From Tetramitus jugosus (taxonomy: Eukaryota > Protista > Heterolobosea), in assembly GCA_937625935.1 (NCBI GenBank), contig OW569390.1, forward strand, positions 62,001 through 126,000: a stretch of 64,000 nucleotides of DNA, written 5' to 3'. Shown here one piece after another: positions 53,913 through 64,000 of the stretch. The notes under the pieces were generated by a model. It ran no database searches. It was not told the origin of the DNA and saw only the letters and a program-made list of their open reading frames with translations. The position numbers and the translations under genes were made by a program. Every line of letters starts with the position of its first letter. Within the stretch, counting starts at the first letter, position 1.

Positions 53913-55895
53913 ATGCCACTGTTTTTCAAGATGAGTGATAAAAAAAATAAGAAGCAGCAGCAACAGTCACCTTCTTCTTCGTCGTTAGCTTCTTCATCAT
54001 CTCCACACACAGCTACACCATTACAACAACAGCAACAACAAAAAAAGTCACAAACAACAAAGCAACAACAACCTCAAGCATCACTATCTGACATTGTCAT
54101 ACATCAATGCAACTCAGCTTCACACTGTAAATCCACTCATGATGCGCTCTTTCTTCTGACGACGCACATTAAGAATTGTCAACAACAAGTTGAGCAACAA
54201 CAGAGATCATCATCGTCATCTGGTGGTGGTGGTAGTGGTAGTTTTTCGTTGATGCATCAAGAGCTTGTTCATTTGATGAATTATCGTGCTTTTGTTTTCA
54301 TTCATGCAAACATGTTGTATGAAGCGGAGAGAGACGTTCGGCAAATTGTAACAAAATTGGCGCCATTTTATGTTCCGACATGGGCCCTCATTTCGCGCGT
54401 TTTACAGCTAAAGTTCCAGCTTTGCAAGGATTTGCACGTGCCTAGGAATGTGCTTGAGAGCTATGAATATGTGCATTATCAAATTCCAGAGTGCACCATT
54501 CCCACTGGTGGTCATCCAAAACATCATCCATCATCTATAGCTACTACTACAGCTAATACTCCACCACCACCAACATCTTCCTCCTCTCCTGTCCAAACAA
54601 CAACAATTCAACAACCAATACAAAATATTAACACCCTAGGTTCATCATCCCCAACAACAACAACGACAACAACCACTACTACACATAACAACACAAATCA
54701 CAACACGACAACAACATTAGCTAACAATAGCTCTACTCATGAAGAAGCTACAACATCAATAAATCAACAAAAATCACCTCTCACTTTACCATCATCACCA
54801 TCACCATCATCAACAAAAGAAACAAATGAAGAAGATGATGATGATGATGCAGTACCAGAAGAACTAGAATGTACACTATGTTATCGTGTTTTTCATCAAC
54901 CCATTACACTACCATGTGGTCACACATTTGATCGAACATGTTTAGCTCGCGTATTTGACTATACGAGCAAATGTCCACTGTGTCGACTCCAAACTCACAT
55001 TTTACCATCAGAGATTCCCACGACGGTCACTCTGCAGACACTAATTGAAAAATATTATGCGAGTGCGTATAGGAAACGCTTGGAAGAGAGCTCTCGTGAA
55101 GATGCCATTTTTTTACAAGATGAAAATGATGATTTTAGCAATCATAACGATGGTAGTAATAGTAGTAATAGTAGTAGTAGTAATAGTATAGCGCCAATTG
55201 ATGATATGAGTACTACTAGTAATATGAGTAGTGTGAGTGTTACAAGTGCGAATGAGAGTGTAAATGATAGAGATGTAGAGCTGCCATTGTTTGTGTTGGG
55301 TGATTATGTGCTGTATCCGGGCACAAAACTGTCGTTGCATATTTTTGAACCGAGATATCGATTATTGATCAGGAGGTGCATGTCCGGTAGTAGACAATTC
55401 GGATTGATTAGTAACAATGGACGTTACATGTCAAAGTATGGCACAGTGGCAAAAATTGTTCATTTTACACAGTTGGACGATGGTAGGAGCTTGGTGGAAA
55501 CGGTGGGCGGTCGAAGGTTTTCAGTCGAAGGTGATCCATGGCTCGTTGACGGCTACAATGTTGCTCGAGTACGGTTCTTTAGGGAGCAGGCAGTACTGGA
55601 TTCGGAACGAGTGTTGGTGAATGATTTGTCTCGAAAGTTGGAAGTGTTGTTGGATGGCTTCTTTGCTGAAGTGGGACCAGAGATGAGAGCCACTGTGGAG
55701 CAAAAGATTGGCCCTGTGCCACCACCGGAGAACATTGTCGAGAGATCGTTCTGGTTGGCCAGTTTCTTGCCACTGAGATCAACAGACAAGCTCGAAATGT
55801 TGCGTCTGACAAACACAAAGGATCGTCTGCAGATGCTGAGCACGGTAACATCGGATCTGACCACGAGGCCAGAACCAAGCTGCTCCATTCAATAA
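53913..55895 (+). CDS. LONRF: LON peptidase N-terminal domain and RING finger protein
   Basis: TPR-like helices, RING ECTLCYRVFHQPITLPCGHTFDRTC...CPLCR, and LON-N domain LPLFVL..VLYPG..LSLHIFEPRYRLLIRRC...DGRSLVE.VG.RRF. Confidence 0.92.
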   Translation: MPLFFKMSDKKNKKQQQQSPSSSSLASSSSPHTATPLQQQQQQKKSQTTKQQQPQASLSDIVIHQCNSASHCKSTHDALFLLTTHIKNCQQQVEQQQRSSSSSGGGGSGSFSLMHQELVHLMNYRAFVFIHANMLYEAERDVRQIVTKLAPFYVPTWALISRVLQLKFQLCKDLHVPRNVLESYEYVHYQIPECTIPTGGHPKHHPSSIATTTANTPPPPTSSSSPVQTTTIQQPIQNINTLGSSSPTTTTTTTTTTHNNTNHNTTTTLANNSSTHEEATTSINQQKSPLTLPSSPSPSSTKETNEEDDDDDAVPEELECTLCYRVFHQPITLPCGHTFDRTCLARVFDYTSKCPLCRLQTHILPSEIPTTVTLQTLIEKYYASAYRKRLEESSREDAIFLQDENDDFSNHNDGSNSSNSSSSNSIAPIDDMSTTSNMSSVSVTSANESVNDRDVELPLFVLGDYVLYPGTKLSLHIFEPRYRLLIRRCMSGSRQFGLISNNGRYMSKYGTVAKIVHFTQLDDGRSLVETVGGRRFSVEGDPWLVDGYNVARVRFFREQAVLDSERVLVNDLSRKLEVLLDGFFAEVGPEMRATVEQKIGPVPPPENIVERSFWLASFLPLRSTDKLEMLRLTNTKDRLQMLSTVTSDLTTRPEPSCSIQ

Positions 55896-55914
55896 ACACA
55901 GACTGAAACAAAAA

Positions 55915-56345
55915 CTCCAGCTTTGATCCTTAAGAACATTTTCATACATATCGTACCTCACTAACGCATCATCATCCGTCTTCACAATGTATCGATACTT
56001 GTCAAACAAGAAATGATCTCCCAAGTACTGAATCATCTTCTCAACCTTGTAAATGATTTTGGTCCATCCAGTCTGTTCCTTCTCCAACCTAAAGATCTTT
56101 AAATCTCCATACTGTTGCTGCTCGCGCTCCAACTTTTCTACACAACTATATGGCTCCGATCCATAATGATAATCGTCCAACAAGAAGACATAATCAAGTG
56201 GAGGTAATTGCTCATTGAGAAAAACTGGATATTTCTCTTCCATGTCTTCGAGGCCTTTGGTTCTGGACGCAAACTTTAGTAACAGACCAAAGGATGACAT
56301 GATAAAGAGAAGCACAAAGCATTTATGCATAAATTTGGGCGTCAT
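55915..56345 (-). pseudogene. Truncated glycosyltransferase (GT31/galactosyltransferase-like) fragment
   Basis: TM anchor, LEREQQQYGDL, then YIVKTDDDALV (DxD). Similarity ends just after DxD, where the ORF runs antisense into LONRF. Confidence 0.55.
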
Positions 56346-56599
56346 TCTTTTGTTTTTGTGACAGTTTGTGTCCAAGCTCACAATTGTTTCTAACCATCAA
56401 CCTTGCGAAAGAAATCTTGACCGGTGGAGGAAAAACGTTTGGGCTGGAGGGAGCAATTTGAACAGTTGAAATTGAATGGCGGCAAATGATGGTCCAACTG
56501 TCGACTACACCAACTGTTATTGGTAAACTGACTAACTTTGAAGTTTCAAGTTCACCACTAGAGCGTTGTTTTCTTGTGAAGTATTTGAGGATCCTTCCT

Positions 56600-57011
56600 C
56601 AAAAGTGAAAATGTCATCAACTTGATGCCCGAACATTTGTTGTCAAATACTTCTGCGAGTTACACGATCCCAGGTGGAATCAAAAAAGTTTGCACGACAA
56701 GGGACGGCACATTCATTCTCAGTTGGAGTGGCAGAGTGTATGGCATTGGACGTATTAGTGGATTGAGCCTCAATTGCTTTTCAACGTCATCGTCAGTGGC
56801 AGAATCACAGTTGTTCCTGTTTGACTCTGGTGGATTTGAAGGATACAAGTTGTTTGCAGATATAGTGGGTGGATATGATACTCTGTTCTTGTTCTCGACA
56901 GAGAATGTGTTGTTTGCCATTGGAGAGAATAATTTTGCACGGGCAGGTCAGACTTCACCAAGATCGATGGATTCAAACGGTCTAGATTATCAGACTCGAT
57001 CAAATCAATGA
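56600..57011 (+). pseudogene. RCC1-like repeat fragment
   Basis: TFILSWSGRVYGIG and IVGGYDTLFLFSTENVLFAIGENNF..AG are RCC1-blade-like, but the ORF is too short for a propeller. Confidence 0.45.
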
Positions 57012-57559
57012 GGAGCTCTTGTACTGCCAATCGAATCGTATTTTATACGACGAGTTGTCACAGCAGTCAAGGCATTTCCTGTTCACATACACTACTAAAA
57101 TGGTATTGACGAATGTTGATATATTTCAACTGAAAGCAGATTGTGCTTTTTGGTTCACGTCCAATGGTATACCGCAGAAAACAACAAACGCCACAGAGTG
57201 AATCCCGGTTTAGACGAACACTGACTCCTCTAGTGGCATGGAGACTGCCACTAAGGGATTGAGAGAAGAAGATAAGGCGCCCGGGAGTTTTTCAATGCAC
57301 TGTTCATTGTTCATTGTTGATGTTGGAAATGGAGATTGAGTACATTACAAAACAACAAGACTATCTCATCAAAGTTGCAGTCGCAATCAATTCTTCAAGA
57401 GATTTTGAGAGGGAACAGAATTGTCGAGAAATTCATCAACTTAAAAGCAACACAAAGCTTGTACTATGCCGCTCTTGTGGTTGGCCTGGTTAAATCCATA
57501 CTCCTCCTGTTCATCTATCATAAACTGATAAATCTTCTTAAGGATGTAGTTCGGTGAAA

Positions 57560-58135
57560 TAAAACCCATAATTTCGTGCTCCACATATTGCACACACTTC
57601 AACAAGCGGTCTACAGGTGGCACAGAATAATGTAACAGCAGAAACTTTATTTGACTCTACGCCTCTTTGGGACAGATTGTGCTTTAATTGGTGATGTCTT
57701 ACGTTTTCCTTTTCTTTTTGCGACTTTGGCGTCATGTTCCTTGTCTACCTCGGATCCAACCTTGGATTGCTCCTTATACAAGTACTCAGGATGGTTGTGG
57801 TTCTTGGCATAATTAGTTTTGCGCTTCTTGTCATCTTTCCTCCTCTGCTTGGCTACCGGAGAGTTCTTGTACTCAGTAATTGTTTCTTTGTTCTTATCAA
57901 GCTTAGCTGTACTCTGTTTCATCTGATCGGTTATTGTAGTACCTACAGCTTTCATGATCTCGAATAAACCAGCTTCACCTTGCTCCAAACGAACAAAGCT
58001 TGCATCAACTCTCCCAGGATATGATTTACCATAATACTCGCGCTTATTGGTAAGAATACACATGCTGTTATGACCACCTTCAATCAATTGTGTTAATTGC
58101 AATTTTATAGGATGCAGCACGATCAGAATACTCAA
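57560..58135 (-). pseudogene. Fragmented gene ending in a double zinc ribbon
   Basis: Across frameshifts it reads ICPK.G.ESNK...LFCATC.PLVEVCAICGARN, after a Lys-rich ORF. Confidence 0.4.
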
Positions 58136-58439
58136 AGAACATCTTCTTCAGGACCAGAAGCTTATCTGGACTGAGATCAGGCGCTGATCATCCAGTACTT
58201 GATTTCCAACAGCTTGTAAATCTGGTGTTTTCTCAATATCAAAATGAGTTTCATTATCATTTGCCTCTTCTGAGTCATCCTGCTCTGAGAAAAACACAGC
58301 ATCGATTTCCAGTCTCTCGTTTTCGATACCTTACAGAGCGGCTGGAACACCACATGCACTGACTCTCATTGTGAAAAGCAGTCAAAAGGTCAATAGTACC
58401 GGAAGCGAAGGACTCTCATTTTATTATTTACAAGAGAGT

Positions 58440-60115
58440 ATCTCAAACAGTATGTCCACATACATTGCATGAGATTTTGAATTCATTTCTGCAATAAGTG
58501 CATACTCCTTTGCGGATGTCCCTCAACAGGTCTTCCTTCGAATAACTTTCATTTTTCCAGGAGTTGCAAGCTTCTTGCATCTTCATGAGTCAATTATGCA
58601 TGAGGTTCAGCTTTTCATCTTTTTCACACTCGATCAACCACCCCACTATAGTTTCACCCTTGTATGTATAGTGAAGAGTCGATATTAAGTTTAAGAGAGG
58701 TGGTAAGCTATGAGAAGATCCAACGAAATTTGGATTAGCTCCATTCTTCGCAAGGAATTGAAACATGTTGCGGGGGATACCACCAGAGATAATTCTGTCA
58801 AATATCGGCAAGTTGTTCAGTTCTCCTCCGGCAGCCAACAGCAACTCCATGCACTGCATTGCCTGTGGTTTCACTCGATATTCATCCTTGATGAGCAGTG
58901 ATAGGAAAGGATTATTTTGATCGTCGAAGGTATTTTTCATTCACAATCCCTGTGAATAAAAGTAGTGGATCAACTCATATGGGGTCGATGATGACTTAGA
59001 TTTCATGGTCAAACTATAGATATGATCTGAGAGGGTTGATACATCGATTTCATACTTACTGATGATCGATTTGATCCAAGACAGTTTGCAATCCAGAGCA
59101 TTCTCGATTGTTGTGACAGATACACTGGACGGGAGTTCAACACTGCTACAATCATTTCTTTTCTATTTGGCTCGTAAACTTCTTTGAGGATAAGGTCCAC
59201 CATATCAATACAGACATACTCCTTGATGGCCATAGAAAGAGGAAGGGAACTCGCCAGTGCATCCTCGCTCGTCTTATCTCGATCAAATAACAATTTCTTT
59301 TGAGCAGATTTGTCCTGAATAAGACTTTGGTTGTACAAAGGGATAAATTCCTTCAAACTCTCCAAATTCCGAATGTTGATTACTTCTAATAGTGGCGTCA
59401 TACCATCTCCTTCTCCAATTGAATTCACATGATACTTGTTTATGAGTTGCTTGAGTATTTGAATGATTCTTTGTACTTAAGGCTCAGCAGCTTCTCTTTT
59501 GTCAAGATCTTTCTTTAGGAAGATTGCCTGTAGGAAGGAGGAAATAAAACTTGTGGCACGGTCCTTGCCACTCCATAGAAGAGTCTCTTGATGCTCAATT
59601 CTTCTCTTCCTTTCTTCTTCATATTTGAACTTACTTAAATCATTGTTTATCACAGCTTCTTCAAACAGCACAAACAAGTCTCTGATCGACTTTGCAACCT
59701 TAATTCGCTCCACGATATCATTCATTGGAGATCTCAACCTTCGAACCACCCCATAGGAGTACAATTTTTTCAAACTATAATAAACTGAATAAGCAATCTG
59801 AGTCTTTTCATTTTCTGTTGCTTTATCTTCTTCTTTTCTTTGTCGTTGAATAATCTTTCCATCAGTTTATCTTGATTCCGCCGTTGTCTGTTCAATCCGT
59901 CAATCACCTTATCATACTTATTCTTGCCATATTTTTTCAGATCAGCAATCTCACTGAGCAGGAAATACTTGATTTGAGTCATCCAGATGAACATGTTGTC
60001 AATTGACTGTGGAGTGAAGAACATGTAAGAAGCAGAGATCTCACTGAACCAAGACCGACAAAGGATGAGAGTTCAGGCAGACAATCGAATGGGAGATGAG
60101 CCAATTATATCATTG
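58440..60115 (-). pseudogene. Frameshifted F-box plus ankyrin-repeat gene
   Basis: Broken F-box (LAHLPFDCLPEL / LCRSWF) near 60100. Consecutive short ORFs with ankyrin-like HVNSIGEGDGMTPL, PLSMAI and FLAKNGANPN...PPL. Confidence 0.55.
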
Positions 60116-61140
60116 TTCGTTCGGGCCTTGTCTTATATATATTTGAATACTAAACTCCAATTTTGCATTAAGTGTTTGAATGAAAATAATTTCTGTCCAG
60201 AAATGAAGTTGAGAGAGGACATTTTTTAATCAGTGTACACACTTATAGCACGTATATTTTGTCCAGGTTTTATTCCTCTGAAGCAGCAAGAACCCCTGTT
60301 CGATAGTGGACTTCAACATCAACCAAAAATTCTCCCACAACCATCACATGAATATTATCCATAGAATTCCCAATCAAACAACATCCCAGAGAACCTTGGG
60401 TAAAAGAGTCAATGTTGCAAACATACTTGTTCGAAAGGTACACTCTTGATTTGGAACATAACCGGGATGAATATCAGAGATCCTTAATCTTTCTGGATTT
60501 TACACGAGACAATAAAAATTTTTACACTAAGGAAAGGATACAACGACAAGTCGTCCCAATTCAACCAAATGGACCTAATATTTCTGTTCTACACTCATAA
60601 ATATGGATCAATACATAGATTAACACAGAATCGTGGATCCGAATGTACAGCGAGCGAAATACATAGAGGGGTAAAATTAATCAACAGACCGATCGTTTGA
60701 ATGAATCATTCTTCATATACCTGATAGAAAAATGAGCGCACTATTGGAGATACAGAATCACAGAGAAATTCATAACAATACTGACTCCAATAGGGACAGG
60801 AGGGAAAAAACATGGGACATGACCCATTCATTTTTCATACTATTTCTTTTCAACTGGATGAATTGTTCGAAGTCAGTGACGATAAAAATATTTTGGCCGA
60901 ATTTCAATATGAACATGTCGAATATTGTGTTGCTCACTGTACGTCAAAGTAGAGAAGAGGCTAAACACCAGAATAAACGGTCTCGGATTTTTTGACTGCC
61001 TAGTGAGGTGAATACAAGTCATCCCTCTTTCTACTGTTCTTCTTGTTGATTCCAGGACCGGACCAAGATACAGAAAAATCCTTTTAAGACCCTGTAAGTA
61101 GGACAGCTCTAGCCTACGTCTAGGATTAAATTTTGACAGA
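59595..61140. repeat. Left arm of a large imperfect inverted duplication
   Basis: Reverse complement of 62592-64000. For example 60150-60305 vs 63285-63441 is nearly identical. Confidence 0.95.
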
Positions 61141-62591
61141 AATTCTTTTACAAGCTCTTTGGAGATATCCTCCTCCCATTCCCATATTGACCTAGTTCCT
61201 TTTTGGATTTACGAAACCTGGATTTAACATGGATGTGCTTTGACTTCCTTTTTCGGGACCAAATTTGAGGTTGAATGTTCGACCACTCACAGACGAAGTT
61301 AGTAAAGCTCTGTCAAATTATCTTCATCTGCATCTTCTCTACGATGTGTGTCTTTGAAATAGAGCGAAGTAGGAGTTTGGTAAACCGAATTCTTATCGTA
61401 AATGTGTCTGTTAGTGAAAACTACATTCAAAAGAACAATTCAACCATAGATAATTAAAAATGAACAACACGTGCATGACATTTCTCATGGATATCGAGAC
61501 TATCCATGAGAAATATCTCAAAGGAGGATGTCAGTACAAGGTCGTCAAAAAAGTAGCGGAAGATTCCTTTGTGCGTAGCTCTCAGCTCGGAAAGATGCTA
61601 AAAGAAAGTGTAAATCATCTCTCTGATGTACTCTTGGAAAGTGAACATCAAAGAACCGACCAGAAAGCGCTCCTACATGAAAATCAATGCTTGAATCCAG
61701 GACGACCATTGAATTTCCCGCCAGACCAGCTTGTTTCGCGCCCTAAACTAGCACACTTTGTGTGAAACAGCAGAACCTTTATTTTCTCTCCTACAACCTC
61801 GACATTGATAGGTCCGCCAGGATTTTCTTTTCAATCCTTGAGAAAAAGAACCCTTTCAATTGACCGCACCTCCTCCTCAACCCATACTATCATACAAAAT
61901 TCTTTCAATCATCAGATCTGAGAAAAAACACTTGAGGAAATCGAGCTCCGTATAACAATTTCCGATATTCTCGGAGAAAAAATTGATCGGTCAGATCAAG
62001 TCCAAAACATAGGTCGGAAGGGATATAGCATGTATGGAAAATTGTGCTTGAAATCTAAATGACGTCTGCATAGAGGAAAAACAGTCACCGTGAAAGGTAA
62101 GTATGTCAGAAATAGAATGATTGGAAACACCGCTGTCTAGTGGATATCAGTTTAATACATTTTAATGAATCACAATCATACTTTGCTTGTTTGTAACACA
62201 CGATAATCGAAATTTTATTATTCCAAAGTTTCTTCTTAATAATTCGTTTCAATTGGCGGACTCTCATCTATAACGATCCATGTTTACTCAGATTCCTCTT
62301 CTGTTGTTTCAAGGTTGAACAATGCTGTTCGGGCTGTTTCTTCATCAAAACTGGAACATTTCAATATTTTGATATCCTTGTTCAAAAATTTTCGGAGAAA
62401 ATTTCGGGGTTATTTGAAAGAAAATAAAGGTTCTGCTGTTTCACAGAAAGTATACTTTTTTTGGATGAATCTTCCAATAGCTATTTTTTGACGATCGTTT
62501 TGCACTGAGTAACAAATAGGACACATAAAAACCCAATGAGCTCCGCATTTGGATTTTAGGATCTTTTTGTATAGAAAAAGCATTTTTACCA

Positions 62592-64000
62592 TCTGTCAAA
62601 ACCTAATCCCTGGGCTTGAGCTGTTCTACTTATAGGGTCTTTAAAACGGTTTTTCTGTATCTTTTCCGGTTTTGGAATCAAGAAGAAGGACAGTAGAAAG
62701 AGGGATGAGTGAGCAACACAATATTCGACATGTTAATATTGAAATTCGGCCAAAATATCTTTATCGTCACTGACTTCGGACACTTCATCCAGTTGGAAAG
62801 AAAGAGCATGAAACATAAATGGTTCTTTCTGTCCCTATTAGAGTCATTATTGTTATGAATTTTTCTGTGATTCTGTATCTCCATAGTGCAATCATTTATC
62901 TATCAAGTATATGAAGAATGATTCATTCAAAAGATCTATCTGTTGATTAACCTTACCCCGCTATGTATTTCGCTCGCTGTACATTCGGATTCATGATTTT
63001 GTGTTAATCTCTATGTATTAGGAGTGCGCCTTTACCTTTCGAACAAGTATGTTTGCAACATTGACTCGTATCCAAGGTTCTCTGGGATGTTGTTTGATTG
63101 GATATTATTCATGTGATAGTGTCGTGGGAGAATTTTTGGTTGATGTTGAAGTCCACTACCACCTTGATGTGATGAAATTATTCATTCTCATTTAGTTGTA
63201 TTACCGTGTATGATGGTTTTCTGTCTTTTCACACTTTCTTGCTAATTTGATCCAGTTATTGAATCTAGTCTCTTCGTAACAGTTATCGAACAGGGGTTCT
63301 TGCTGCTTCAGAGGAATAAAACCTGGACAAAATATACGTGCTATAAGTGTGTACACTGATTAAAAAATGTCCTCTCAACTTCATTTCTGGACAGAAATTA
63401 TTTTCATTCAAACACTTAATGCAAAATTGGAGTTTAGTATTCGCTAGGCCCGAACGAACAATGATATAATTGGCTCATCTCCCATTCGATTGTCTGCCTG
63501 ACCTCTCCTCCTTTGTCGATCTTGGTTCAGGAGATCTCTGCTTCTTACATGTTCCTCACTCCACAGTCAATTGACAACATCACAAGGTGCCATGTTCATC
63601 CGGATGACTCAAATCAAGTATTTCCTGCTCACTGAGCTTGCTGATCTGAAAAAAATATGGCAAGAATAAGTATGATAAGGTGATTGACGGATTGAATGGA
63701 CATACGGTGGAATCAGGATAAACTGATGGAAAGATTAAGGTTGCGCATACAACGACAAAGAAAAGAAGAAGATAGAGTAATAGATAATGAAGAGATTCTG
63801 ATTGCTTATTCAGTTTATTATAGTTTGAAACAATTGTACTCTTATTGGGTTCGAAGGTTGAGATCTCCAATGAAGGATATCGTGGAGCGAATTAAGGTTG
63901 CAAAGTCGATCAGAGACTTGTTTGTGCTGTTTGAAGAAGCTGTGATAAACAATGATTTAAGTACGTTCAAGTATGAAGAAGAAAGGAAGAGAAGAATCGA
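62592..64000. repeat. Right arm of the inverted duplication (runs off the window), including a second copy of the F-box pseudogene 5' part on +
   Basis: Base 64000 pairs with 59595 and 62592 pairs with 61140. ORFs 60732+ and 62678- encode near-identical peptides. Confidence 0.95.

Noticed and set aside
1069-55911. Many 60-250 aa ORFs antisense to or overlapping the called genes (e.g. 7663+, 20292+, 26802+, 33842+, 49897+)
   Set aside because: These are shadow ORFs of real coding sequence and low-complexity tracts, with no independent motifs.
58440-60115. Alternative genetic code or readthrough as an explanation for the broken ORFs
   Set aside because: Conserved genes in the window end in TAA, TAG and TGA normally, and the breaks include frameshifts.

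Overview
This is eukaryotic nuclear DNA from a gene-dense, AT-rich protist. It has short GT-AG introns (GTATGT/GTAAGT donors, CTRAY branch points), poly-Asn/Gln/Thr tracts and a flagellar central-pair gene; a heterolobosean-like amoeboflagellate is my inference. Bases 1 to ~55,900 hold about 35 tightly packed genes: DUF789, APC5, CFAP119-like, a GaaA-like reductase, Asterix, dUTPase, MICU1, UFM1, PAP2, Artemis, EamA, GUP1-type MBOAT, VPS33, an aldo-keto reductase, flotillin, LONRF, four different F-box proteins, a Crinkler-type NTPase-nuclease and two secreted proteins sharing a Cys-rich module. From ~55,900 to the end there are only gene fragments, plus a large imperfect inverted duplication (59595-61140 / 62592 to at least 64000). 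The most unusual signals are: (1) a relic directly behind the dUTPase stop, in which a LAGLIDADG fragment is joined to a second dUTPase C-terminal piece that the ORF track misses; (2) a short membrane protein matching the cytoplasmic/TM signature of animal Na,K-ATPase beta subunits; (3) the SAM-like/NTPase/REase/HhH effector; (4) the inverted duplication; (5) F-box fusions to an Arf-like GTPase and to an HMG-like box; (6) a shared 20-bp paired E2F-like motif upstream of APC5 and dUTPase. All family calls come from motif recognition by eye; no searches were run.
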